Source: Azolla caroliniana
Taxonomy: Eukaryota > Plantae > Polypodiophyta
Direction of reading: 5' to 3'
NCBI GenBank assembly: GCA_043228905.1
Contig: JBHGNT010000006.1
Location: forward strand, 1,054,001 to 1,118,000
Length of the DNA: 64,000 nucleotides
Each line of letters opens with the position of its first letter. Positions within the stretch are counted from its first letter, which is position 1. The position numbers and the translations under genes were made by a program. Below are positions 25,523 through 38,108 of the stretch, in pieces. The notes under the pieces are model-generated. The model worked only from the letters and a program-made list of their open reading frames with translations, was not told the DNA's origin and made no database searches.

Positions 25523-28500
25523 ATAGATAAGGGGGAAAAACCATTGGATAGAGCTAGTAGTGATGTTGTTGTTGACAAAGATTGGCATCAGGTTAAGGGC
25601 AAGTCGAAAGGGAAATCAATGAATATGCAACATAATAGTTTGGCCACTACTCGTGAGACTACATGGCAAGGTAATTTAGGAACTAAGGAAGGTCCTCAAA
25701 AAGTTCATTGGCAACGACAATATAGGGATAAGGGATTACCCCTTCACCTTCAATTTGATTCATTGGGACAGGTTATAAATTCATTGAGTTCTCGAGGTTT
25801 TCGTCAAGCGGGAGAACGTAAATAAAAGATTTCGATAGACAACTCTAAGGATGTGGTGCATGAGAATCCATACATTGCAACATTGAACATGCTTTGACTA
25901 GTTTCATGACATTGGTTGCTCTAAAGGAGCAAGTGCACCTATAACATTGTTGGTTGAATGAAAGTGGTAACATGAAATGTGAGAGGGGCATGTTCTCCTC
26001 ATAAGAAGTATATATTATGGGAAACTTTGTTAAGTAAAGAATGAGATGTATTATGTGCAGTTGAGCATAAGTGTAACGAGTTAGCAGGATCCATAGTTCA
26101 TTTGCGTGGATATTCATCATTCTATGCAAGACATCTTAATAATCATTATTCAAGTGTGGTATTAATCGTGCGGGATCAATTTTATCCTCAAGTGGTGCAT
26201 AATGATGCTTATGGTCGGTTTTTGGTTCCAAAAATCACGTTTTTTGACGAGGTTGTGTGGGTGGTTGGGATTTATGCCCCTAACCAAGTCAATCAACGTA
26301 TTGCATTATGGGCCCCAATCCTTCAAACCCTATGTGTGGGCCGCCCAGGATTACTTATGGGTGATTTTAACATGTGTGTTGATGCATATCAATCTATGTT
26401 TAAACATTCAATCATGGATGATCTTGAGCAACTTGTTTGGGATTCATTGGCTATGGAGGTTCTGAAGTTGGATGTTTGGACATGGTTGCATGGGAATGAT
26501 CTAGGTTTTACTTTCCAATCTGCTCAACATAGACAAACATGGAGTTAGTCAGATAGAATGTACGTAATGCACGATGATTCTTTTTTACCGACATCACTTC
26601 CGAATATGACAGTTCTAAAAGATGTAGGAACTTCATATCACTTTCCTATTTGTTTTGAGGTTTGTAATCATGCAATTGACATGTATAAATCCTTACATGG
26701 AAAGCCTCCATTACGCTTTAACTCTTCTCTTTTGCTTCAACCTCACTTTGATTCTCTCATGGGGCAAAATTTGGCAATTTTTTCACAATAAGTGAATCTT
26801 AAAGTAGTTAAAGCATGGGACATCACGTTACGAAACATTAAGATCATTCATCGTATATATGGAGTAACTAATGCTCAACGAAGAAGTGTTCTTTGACAAT
26901 TCTCACAGGTTACGTCCAGGTGTAATGCATTATTGATACATGCACCATTAAATGAGGAGCTTTTGGATATCCAAAGTCAATTGCAGGTTATTATTTCTCA
27001 GTTGCAATGCCAAAGTTATCATTATGCAAAGATGCGTCAACTGAGGGATAGACTCATTGATAATCAATGCCCATCTCATTTGTTTTTCCAAGTGTTAAAT
27101 CCTACTTATGCGCGATCTAATGTGGTACATGTGAAGGAAGGGGATGAATTGATAGTGGATCCTACTACAATAATTGACATATGTGTTCATTACTTTAAGG
27201 AGTTGATTGGCCCACAATTGTTAATGACAAATGAGGTGAGTAGAGCACAACATGAGTTTTATGATGTGGTTGGATGTATTGTGCATTGCCTCATTAGTCA
27301 TGAATTGGATGCAGATTTCACTGAGGATGAGGTGAACATGATTGTAAGGCATCTTATTAGTGGTATGGGCCCTAGTTGGGATGGCTTGACAAATGAAGTT
27401 TTTAAGTGATATTCGAACATTTTAAAGGGGCCCTTAACTTCGATGTTTCAACATTCTTGGGTTTCTGGTTGTACGCGTCAAGCTTGGAAGTTGGTCTAAT
27501 TAAATTAGTTCTAAAGGTGGCATCTCCCGACTCATTTCATCAATGGAGACCTATTTCTTTGATGGGGGGGTTGTATAAGATATTTACAAAGGTATTGGCA
27601 AATAGATTACAAAAGTATTTGCCAAAGTTTATACTTCCCACCCAATATGGTTTTATTGCAGGTAGGGATATATTGCATAATGTGTTGAATGTTCAAATGG
27701 CCATGGATTATGCTTGAAACACTTATCAAGAATTGATTATGGTGCAATTAGATTTGGAGAAAGCTTATGATCATGTTAATTGGTCCTTTGTTTCTAGGTT
27801 AATGCATACAATGGGCTTTGGACCTCATATGTCTCGTCTCATATTTTTATTAGGACAAGATGCAGTGTCTCGAGTAATGCTTAATGGGGGAGTTACATTA
27901 GATATTGCCCTCACAAGATCCGTTCGTCAAGGATGCCCTCTTAGCCCATTGTTGTTTACTATTATTACTCATCCCTTGTTAGTGATGTTATCAAGGCAAT
28001 GCAACAAATGGTGACATTGTGGGTCTACACCTTCCATCTGGAGGGCAACTAGTAGCATAAGTTTTGACTGATGATTCTAAATTCATGTTTCTACAAGCCT
28101 CACGAGAGAATCTTGAGAAGGGGATGCTTTTATGGAACCGATTTGCATTGGCTTCTGGATTACATATTAATTGGAGGAAGTCTAGTCTCATATCATGTAC
28201 CGAAAGGGATTTGGAATGTTTAGGATGGCAAGGATCCGTGGTGAAGAAAGACTCTATTTTTCGACACTTGGGCTATCCATTAGGAATGAATGTTACAAAT
28301 GGTCAATTGATTGAATGGATGACTAGTAAGTTTGAGGGACCAGTTCATGTATTGGAAGTCACAATCTTGGCCATTTCATGTATGCTTGAAGGTTGTACAA
28401 TGCATTATGGAACCCGTGATATTATATGACTTGCCATTGTTGCCATGGCCAAAGAAGGCTTTGCATTCTGTTTTGCAACCTCTTCGATATTTGTTGTGGA

Positions 28501-29896
28501 AGAAGAGGGATAAGATGGGAATAAATTGGGTTACGTGGAATCATCTAACAACCCCTAAGCGCTTGGGGGGGTGCTGGAATATTGAACTTATATATGCATA
28601 TGATGGCTCATAGATTTTCATTATTACAAGACACGTGTTCAAACTCACAACCATGGATATCTATTGTTCAATATTTCATAGAGAACAAGCTTGGTTTAAC
28701 ACATGGGAGGACAACGATTAAGGCTTCATGGTGGCAATTACTGAATGGATGTATTTCACTTAGGATTCCAAGCTCTTCATGTGTTCAACATTTGGTCACC
28801 TCATGGCAAGAAGCACTCTTGTTATATGTATGGAAACCATCATCTAGTAGAGAGCATTGTAATTCTTTGCAAAAAGAGTTACTTGTTTCTTCTCGGTACG
28901 CTCTCGATTTAATCGTTTGTTTCGTTTGGGGGTCAAAGAGGTGGGAGATATAGTTCCCATATAGTTGAGGCGTCATCTCAAAGAATTTTGGAGTTTGTTG
29001 AAGCGCAACAATGATTACACATCCCACCTAATTATGGGTTAATATGGCAACAACTACAAAATAGTACATTGATGCAAGGTCCCTTACTTCTACAAACAGG
29101 AGAACAACCGTGGATTGATTGGTGTTTACGGGGTCAAATGCCGTTGTTACAAGTGACTACCAATCTTTTGTATCATTGCTTTATTGAGTCTCTTGGATGG
29201 GTATCATCTAAGGCTGAAGAAGAATGGAAAATACACAAATTTGATCGTGGGTGGTGACAGATCTTACAATGTAGTTGGCATTCTAAATTGCCACTTATAA
29301 CAAAGGTCTTCATTTGGAGAGTTTTGATTGGAGGATTGCCTTTGGGATTAGCTCTAAAGCGTTGGGGCTAGCAACGGGTAATTGTTTTTTTCGCACTGTT
29401 CAAATGGAAGATAATACTTATCGATTTATACAATGTCCAATTGCTTGTTAGATTTAGAGTTACATTTCTTAAATTTGGCAAGTTTTATCACAGTGTTATT
29501 TGACACCTAGACAATGGGTGTTTGCACAATTTACACAAGTTGACCCAAAATTAGAGATGGAGATCGTTTTTCTATTTCTTAGATATTGGGGATTGCGTCA
29601 TAATTGGAACATGCACGACGCTTTTGTATTCGATGGTAGACATGGAGTGAAAGCATATCTACGAAAGTTGAAGGGAGTACTAATGTGGCAAATTTCTTTA
29701 TTGTAGCAAGTGGAAATTCTTTCCTCAGTGGAGTGTTCGTCTTGCCTATTGGCAATTCAACATGTTCCACTACCCATGTAGTGTAGTTAGTGGGTAACCG
29801 TACTCCATTGTCACACCCATTGTAAGTAGTATTTTTCACACACATTTATTAATCTAATTGTGTGTTTCCACCAAAAAGAGAGGACAGAGAGCTGAG

Positions 29897-30085
29897 ATGG
29901 ATGTAGCTTAGTTCATAAGGTTGCCCAATGAAGACCAGGTGGTCATGGGTTCACATTCCACAATGGCATTTAGTGAATAATAGAGATGATATCTATGGAG
30001 TAATATAGACAGGTGAGAAACTTGGGTTTTGAACCCAAGATGTAGTGCTAATAGTGTAAACGGCCTACCACTAGGGTAAGCTAAT
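29897..30085. repeat. Two degenerate tRNA-derived (SINE-head-like) sequences, convergent
   Basis: Plus strand: A-box TAGCTTAGTT (29904) and B-box GGTTCACATTCC (29948). Minus strand: perfect T-arm CTTGGG-TTCAAAA-CCCAAG (30021-30039) and A-box-like TACCCTAGTGG. Confidence 0.45.
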
Positions 30086-30257
30086 TACGATGAAAAGCAA
30101 AAGAGAGAGAGAGAGAGAGAGAGGCCAGCCTGGCTTTATGATGTGTGTGTGTTGTTTTGTTGATGTTATGTTATGTTGTGTTCCATTCCAATTTGTATTT
30201 GGTTGGTTGGTTGGTGTTGTGGTTGTGAACAAGTTAAAAGTCATTCATGGAAGAAAA

Positions 30258-30310
<53 letters not shown>

Positions 30311-30438
30311 CACTCTTCTTCCCTGGCTTCCTCATACACACACATCATCATCATCATCATCATCTCTCTGTATTCTCTATTACGCACTCTTCCTTTCCAT
30401 AGAAGAAAGCAGAAGAAGACGAAGAGAGAGAGAGGTCG

Positions 30439-30474
<36 letters not shown>

Positions 30475-30620
30475 GAAGGTCGAGATTTCTGAACCTTCAT
30501 CCATGTCGCTCTCTGCGTTCCGCCTTTCCATTTCTTCCTAAGACTCTTCTCCGCCTCCGCACCTCTCCAGAAACCTTGATTTCTCGTTCCTGAATTCGCT
30601 TTCTCCTTTCCCTTCCTCCC

Positions 30621-33600
30621 ATGGGCTTCGAACTCGAAAGCTTGGAGTTGCAGATCCATGGTCGCGAGAAAGCTCATCTGCAGGATTCGCAGCAGCAGGA
30701 GCTCGCAGCTATGGAGAGAAGCTTAAAGGATTTGCCTCCATCATCATCATCATCATCATCATCTTCTTCTTCTTCTTCTTCCGATCAGGAGGTTTATGCT
30801 GAAGATTTCTCTCGACTCTCTAGCGATCAGGATGCTACGGAACAAGTCGATAGTTTCTTGAAGGATGCTTTGAACTCGAGAAATAGGATCACAGGTTAGA
30901 TAGATCGTGGATTTCTTTAAACAGGGGCACTGTTTTTCTCACGAGTCTTTTGATCCTTGTGAATGTCTTTAGTCTTGATGTTGTCTTGATGTTTTTGTTC
31001 GTTCCTGTTTCTTTATAATCTGAAGTAAAGAAAAGAAAACGCTCTGTTTTTTTGTTTTGCTCTTTCTGACTATATTTTCATCCTAACAGTCTAAACATTC
31101 TATGAGTGTTTGCTTGAATTAAAGAAGAAAAAGAAGCACGCTATCTGGTTGGCTTTTCTTTCTATAGCTCCTCAATTGTATGGTCTCTCGAGAGTTCATG
31201 GTTGATATATTGATGTGAAGAAAATGATAAGCACGTTTCTTTCCCTTGCAAAATTTCTGTCTCTGTAGTTTCGAGTCCGTAATGGCTGATTCATATATAT
31301 TGAACTACGGGATAGAAAAATGCACTACAGTCGATAGCCTGAAATAAAGGTGGAAAACATTTTATTTCAGATATTTACTATTTATTCCAAATCTATCGAG
31401 TCTCCTATGTCTTGTGAGTACATAATGATAAAAGTGTGCCATAGTTGTTAAGCTGAGGTAAAGAAAAAGAACCTCAGGATCACAAAAGGGCTCCATAACT
31501 GTTAACCTGAGGTAAAGGAAAAGAACCTCACGAATAAAGTAATGCTCCATTCCTGTTAACCTGAAGTAAAGGCTAAAAAATGACGTCATTCTTGCAGATG
31601 TTTTTATTCCTGTATGCTTCGAATCATAGTCTTGTGTGTCTAACGGATCATTCGAATTGAAACAATTAAAGAAATGGATAGTCAACGAATTAAAACTTGA
31701 AGTAAAGAAGAAACAAATCCTTTCTTGCAGAGATCTTGTACTCTCTTCAATGGTTTTTTGTACTCATATAACCTTGTGTGTATATTGTGGCTGTTAGTTT
31801 GAATAAACTTGAGGAAGAAGAAAAATTTCCATAATTTTATTGCCTAAATTAAAGAAAAGGAAGCACCTATTGCTTGCAGACCTATAATGTTATAGTCTCT
31901 TGAACGTCATATGGCTGATAAGCCCATGTCAACAGAGAAGTTAGGGCATGGAGAACATATGAACTCGAGAAAAGAAAACAACTTTCTTGCATATCTTTTC
32001 CTTTATGTAAGTTTTTAGTATATGGTTTTCAGTGTTATATAGCTAATAGCATGAAAACTTCATGAAATCAAGAAAAGGAAAACACCTTTTCTTGCATATC
32101 TTTGTCTTTGTTTATGTTTTTCTTACATAAGACTACAGCGTCCTACGGCTGTTAGCATGAGAGAAGAAAGGACTTTAGGAACGGAAAACAGTCCATAACT
32201 GATAACATGAAGCAAAAGAACCACAATTTTTGTGCAGATATTTGTCTCAACTCTTTTTGCAGGTCTATACTTATATAGTGTCCTATGCTTATTATTCCCA
32301 ATCTTACACAAAGAAAAAGGGAATTGGTTTAAGTAATGAAAGAACTTTATAAAGGGAGAACACTTGTTGGATGCGAGCACGAAAGTAAAGAAAGAACTTT
32401 ATGAGTTGAAAGCACTTGATGGCTGATAGTATGAAATGAAAAGGAACTTTTGTGATAGCTTCCTCTATTGCCATGACATCGGAATATTAGGAAATTTGAT
32501 ACAGGCATCAATCTGCATGATTGTGATTCGTAAAGGAACGTAATTTCTAAATGTTGGAACCTTTGATGCTGAAATTGGTCTATCTGATTTACCTGCCCAT
32601 CAAGTTTTGAACAAATATTTTCTGATGTTTACATATGTGTTTGACTGGTGGTTTTAGTTTTGAGGCTAGAACACGAAATTGAGAAGTTTGTGCAAAACTC
32701 AAAGAAACAACAACATCTGTTGAAACCAATGCCTTCCTCATATGAAAGACTTGCAGCACATCGTGTAGCACAGCATTATAACCTACAATCAATGGTTGTG
32801 GACATGAACTCCCCATCTGGATCAAGAATACTTCTATTGAAGACACCAGAGAGCAAAACCCCTGTTATCAGACTAGTTGATATTCCACTTGATCCTACTT
32901 CTCAAGAAAAATCTATGTGTGCTCCCCTTGAGAAGGTTGCAATAAAACAAAGGACTAATGGTGTTGGAAACTCAAATGGCTATGGAATTGGTGGTGATTC
33001 AGGAAGATTGACACCAGTGAAGTCTGTTGAGGAAAGGAAGGAGGAATACAACAAAGCTAGGGCTAGGATTTTTCGTGATGGGGATTCTCCGAGTATGGAA
33101 GAGAATGAGGATAGTGTGCATGATGTTGTTGCCTTGGATGTAGGGTCAGTTACACACCAGCTCCAGGAGTTGATGATGAATGGAGGATTGGCATCCAACG
33201 GTGAAGGTAAGGACAAGCCAGAGGATGATTATTCTCTACGAGCTGTCAATAGAGTAGCGATCTTCCGGGACAGAGAGAAGGACATGAAAGATCCCGATTA
33301 TGACCGCAGTTATGACAGGTATGATTTCCCATTGTTTTCATGATCTATGCATATGTGATATATGTTATATATAAGTTGATACATGTAGAAATACCATGTT
33401 TAGATGTTGAGCAACTGCACCCTATTTTTTCTTCTCAAATAAAACAAATCCTTAATTTTTTAAAAGTATCCTGAGTCTCTTCTTGATTGACATATCAAGG
33501 ATCCAGAAGCAAATGTTAAAGATTGATGCAATTGTTAAATTTCTTTGTTGGTTTTTCTCAATGGGGTTCCATGAATGAACATGGAGTGTCGGTATTGAGT

Positions 33601-35892
33601 ACCATTTAGACCCCCAAAAAAGAATGAGCCATTTCTCACATCCAAAGACAATTTGTGTCTCAAGCTAAATTTCAGTGAATCAAAATCTTACATATGATGA
33701 CGAACCAAAGACAATTTGTGTCTCAAGCTAAATTTCAGTAAATCAAAATCTTACATATGATGACGAATATGATAAAAACCTCAACAAACATCCAAATGAT
33801 AAATTGTCTCTCTACACATTAAAAATTTCCAACATCCAAATTGATGTCTATAAACCTTACAGCAGCAGTACAGCAAAACCAGTGGGAAATACTTGCCGAT
33901 TATATTATCAAAAGCAAAATTAAACAAGGAACACAGCATTAACAGTTTTTATAATTTACTGAAGTATTTCAATTCCCACTACCTTGTTCTTCTATTCTCT
34001 TTTCTGCTGAGAACCTTTAAGCAATTTATAGCTGTCTTCTTCTTGGTTTTGAGATTTCAGTTTACTCTTACACCTACAGTGATTTCAAACTTAGACAATC
34101 GTTTATGGCAAAATAATTTATGCCTAAAATCCTCATAGCCTGAAACTGGAAAATAAGAAAAAGGGCTATAATGGATTTTAGAGATCTTCAGCTTTTACGC
34201 AGAGCTTTCAATAAAGGTTTCAGTTTTCTATTCCTTTTGCCAGTATATACTCTTCTTGGAAACCTGCCATTTTCTGGTTTCATACCCTGGACAGTTCTCC
34301 ACAGTAGCAGGCCTACCCTGCTCTTAATAGTAAGGACAGGTGTAGTATCAAGTCTCTTATTTTTGAAGTTTCTTACATACAATGAACATTATTGTTTGTT
34401 TGTGTGTAAAAGTTCAAATTTAGGATTTGTTAAAGAACAAAGGGTATCCGTAGTGGGCTTGAGAAAGTTTTTTTGACAAAACTTGAAATCCCCTTATGTT
34501 TTATTCTTTCCTAAATGCCCTTGGTCAAACCCTGAATGAAAATATATATGTGCTATTGAGCAATTATATGGGTAATTCATTCCTTTTTCTTCACTTTGGG
34601 GTATTGACTATAGGTGCTTGGGTAAATTACAAAAACTCAGTGGGCATTTGGGGAAATGACTGTTACGAAATAGCTTGTATGACAGTGAATGTCAGGTCAC
34701 ATTGCACATTGGGTTGGCCTTAAGAGCATCACATGCAGACATTACAAAGACATACAAATTGTTTATGAGACAGTAGAGTAAAAAGTCTGGAGAATGTTCT
34801 ATGGGAAACACCATAGCACTCCCATTACTTCTTCTTCACCCTAGGTTTGGCACTACTATAATGCTTATACCTTTTCCATTCTCTCTTCCATCAAACCAAT
34901 CCTGATCAGTCATGTTGTCCCTCTGTTCTTTATGCACCAGTATCACAATTTCTCAATGAGTAGGACTCACTTATGAAAAACTAGAGATGATCTTCATGTG
35001 AAGAACTATCTCTCAATTATACGTACAGAAATCATTGAACTGTGTTACCCACCTGTTTCCTCAGATTGCGTCTCCCATACATCTTTCAATGTTCTGTGAA
35101 ACCTCCTTTTCGTAGATGCTATCTATGCATAAATACATATTACATACTATAATTAGACTCTGTATGTTTGGAGACTGCCAAGAAAATGAAAAAACCACAG
35201 ATTAGTAGACATTTCAAAATGTGAACAGATTTTATGTGTACTTGAATATTGGTGCATGCCTATATATTTAGCTCTGGTATTATTATATGCACGCATCACA
35301 TGTTTAAATAGTAGTTTGCTTGTTTTGAATGTTTTTTGGGCTTATAATGTATCAGTTTTAAGCATTATTTATCTGACGATGTGTCATCAACTCTCTCTTG
35401 CAGGTATTCGCAACGAATGAATGCAGAATTTGGAATGAATGGACGTCCATTTGTTATGCAAGGAGCATGCTATCCAGGCATTAACATGAATGGATTTACG
35501 AGGATGGATGGATCAGTATTACAGAACATGCGTCTTGATCCAGCTGCCTATTCAAATCCCCATCACCCAAGGGGCCCTTGGCTTGGTTCACCTGGTGGTC
35601 CTCCAAATGTTGTATACCCAAATGCATTTTATGGGAGTTTTCCTCACATACAGGCCAATTTTCACTCTTCTGCTGAAACCTGCTTTCCAACCCAGAGGTT
35701 TCCATACACAGGGCAACACTACCTTGATCGATGCCAATATCCATCTCAGGTTTGTTCTCCTATCATTTAAGTTATTAAGATTGAAATTCATTTTTCCATA
35801 ATGCTCATATAATGTGTTCTTTTGTTTTATCTTCTTGACAGCGTGGTTTACAATGTAAAACAAACTTCGGTGAGGTCATGCCCCAACGATAA
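30621..35892 (+). CDS. R3H and SUZ domain-containing RNA-binding protein, ~443 aa; join(30621..30894,32658..33318,35404..35749,35842..35892)
   Basis: VDSFLKDALNSRNRITVLRLEHEIEKFV, R3H motif SSYERLAAHRVAQHYNL, SUZ KSVEERKEEYNKARARIF, RVAIFRDREKDMKDPDYDRSYDR. GT-AG sites in phase; last exon less certain. Confidence 0.88.
31020..32270 (+). repeat. Degenerate tandem array in R3H intron 1
   Basis: Recurrent GAAGTAAAGAAAAG..AC..TTCTTGCAGA(T)-like motif about every 100 bp; better-conserved ~55-bp subunits at 31445-31575. Confidence 0.55.
33642..33767. repeat. Recent 63-bp tandem duplication in R3H intron 2
   Basis: CCAAAGACAATTTGTGTCTCAAGC...GATGACGAA at 33642 and 33705, one mismatch. Confidence 0.95.
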
Positions 35893-36399
35893 TACTGCAG
35901 GAGGATAGATCTAGGTTTTCTAATGTTGTATTCAATTCTTTGGTGTGGACTTTGCAAATTATATGCTCGGACATAATGATCATGACACGTAGACTTTTAC
36001 TTTAAATGTATTGGACATTGCTTTAATTAGTTTTTCCTATGAAACTAATCTGCAAAGTTTGCTTGTCATGTTTATATTCATGGGGATGCAGAGAACAATT
36101 TGTTTTAACTATCATTGACAAATTTATTTCCATTGAGTATTATATATGTGCGCTGTGATATATATATGTGTTTTATGTATCTCATAATCAAACCATACGG
36201 TTTTTTATTTCTATACTGTTGTGTGGCTTGATAGAAATGAATAAACTATGGAAAGCAAAGTTTTGCTCTATAATAATTTCTGCCCTGGTTATTGTAAATT
36301 TGGTAACCTTTTCTGGTGATGCTATGAATTAGATGTGATTTCTGGAATCTTTGAAAAGTGAAGTTGGCAATAGAAATAATGTCAATTTGGAACAATGTT

Positions 36400-37800
36400 T
36401 TGAGAAAAAATGCGCAGGCATTTTCAGGAAATATTTTAGGGACCCAAATGCTGACAAGACAAGTCGAATAATAACTTGAAACAAAATTACATGTGCACAG
36501 ACGGTGCATAGCGGTGACGGAACCACTTTAACGTGAAGATGCTGGTGTGGTGAGCAAGGGGCTGTGCAGGGTGAATTAACCACTTCGATATGAAGATAAT
36601 GGTGCATTAATGTGAACAAGCCACTTTATTACTACGTTCGAAAAACACCTCTCCCCTTGGATGGGATTTGTGGATAACTCAAAATATATCGGATCAAATA
36701 AATTTTGGATCTGTGAAACAGATCTTGACAAAGGAGACACGCCATTGAAAATAATCTATGGATACCTGTCAAAACATGTCTTAGCATAGAAGATACTTGT
36801 GTGAAGTAACATTTTGATATTTGTCCAACATATCTTAGTTTCTTGATTTGTTCTAGTTTTCAAACTCCAGTTATGCTTACTTATTTTGCAAATTTGACTA
36901 TTATATATATGAGGTTGGAGTAGGTCTAGGTTCTATGTCAAATGTATGACAATCGTATAAGTCCAATGCAAAGGTAGCTTGATATTTGCACAGAAGACAA
37001 CTCTTTTCAGCAAATGGTAATTAGTGCTTGACATGCACAATAGGTCCATACAATTGACATTGTGTAGGTCACAATTGTTTTAATAGTCATGGAAATAAGT
37101 GTTTGTGTTATCATTATTTTTTAAATAGCTACATTTTTGTCAGTCTTCTCAAAGCCTGTGGAAGCATTCGAGATCGTGAGTTTGGTAAACAAGTACATGT
37201 TCATGCTTGTAAGAAAGGCTTCAGGTGTATTCTGCATGTTGGCAATGCACTTGTAAATATGTATGGCACAGTATGGTAACCCTCAAGATGCTCTTGAAGC
37301 TTATTGTTTGCAAAAGGATGGTATCGAACAACCAGAATGTTGGAGATAGAGAATTAATGGTTCACCAAACCTTGCAAGTGATCGTTGGTTTTTTGGGGTA
37401 TGCTCTTTGGCACCTTTCCACATCAAAATTTTGCAAGACTATGTATGCAATCGTCAAAATGTGTTGATAAGTCGAGCACAATAACCATGATGGTTGAAAT
37501 CTTATTACATTCTATACAGCAAGATCTAGAAATGTGGGTAAAAGCTAGGTGCTGGCATTTGTGTGAAGAGTAAGAAAATGTGAAGCACAATAAAATCATA
37601 CAGCATATTATATCTTCTTCGTATCTTCCATGATTTTTTGAGGTCAAACGTTGATTTATCCTGCCCTTTTTTTGTGTGGGTGCTCCATTTGCAGCTATTG
37701 ATGCTCTTTGATTATATACCATAGGTTTTTAGTAGAAACTCGATGGTAAGTATGTATGCATGATGCTTGCGCAAGAGGTTTTTGATGGAAAGGTAAGGTG
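36400..37800 (+). pseudogene. Degenerate PLS-class PPR pseudogene
   Basis: For example 37144-37270 translates LLKACGSIRDREFGKQVHVHACKKGFRCILHVGNALVNMYG, followed by a frameshift; further eroded PPR motifs on both sides. Boundaries approximate. Confidence 0.65.
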
Positions 37801-38108
37801 TGGCTCTGGCTATGGATAATTCTCTTTGATGATATACATAGATTGGAGGTTTATTGATATAACCATATGGCCATGGCAATTGCATGGATGATGCTATTTG
37901 ATTATATTCTCAGAGATTTTTGATAGAAATATTTGATGCTTTTCTTATAGTGCTTATATCAAAGGTTTTTAATGGAAATGTGGGGTTATTGGATATTCAT
38001 GATGCCTAAAGCAGAGGTTTCTATGGAAATGGCCTCTGTTTCGATGATGCTAAAAAAGCAAGTTTTCTATAAAAAACTTGTGCCTATGGCCATGCATAAT
38101 GCTCTTTG

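Larger units (their letters stand above)
18940..29878 (+). mobile_element. Decayed L1-clade LINE (ORF1 zinc knuckle; ORF2 APE endonuclease, RT, zf-RVT), split by copia copy B
   Basis: ORF1 CFGCGEWGHL knuckle at ~19590, continuing after 25528. ORF2 fragments: IYAPN and MGDFN (endonuclease); WRPISL, QYGFIAGR, DLEKAYDHV, QGCPLSPLLF (RT). Many stops and frameshifts; boundaries approximate. Confidence 0.88.

Noticed and set aside
29897-29970. Functional tRNA gene
   Set aside because: A and B boxes are present but the acceptor and anticodon stems do not pair; treated as a tRNA-derived relic. The same applies to 40696-40765 and 62996-63066.
30090-30593. 167-aa and overlapping ORFs upstream of the R3H gene
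   Set aside because: They are translations of (CT)n/(GA)n/(CAT)n microsatellites in the promoter/5' UTR.
31440-31580. CRISPR-like repeat-spacer pattern
   Set aside because: The whole unit, including the 'spacer', is homologous between copies; it lies in a plant intron and there are no cas genes.
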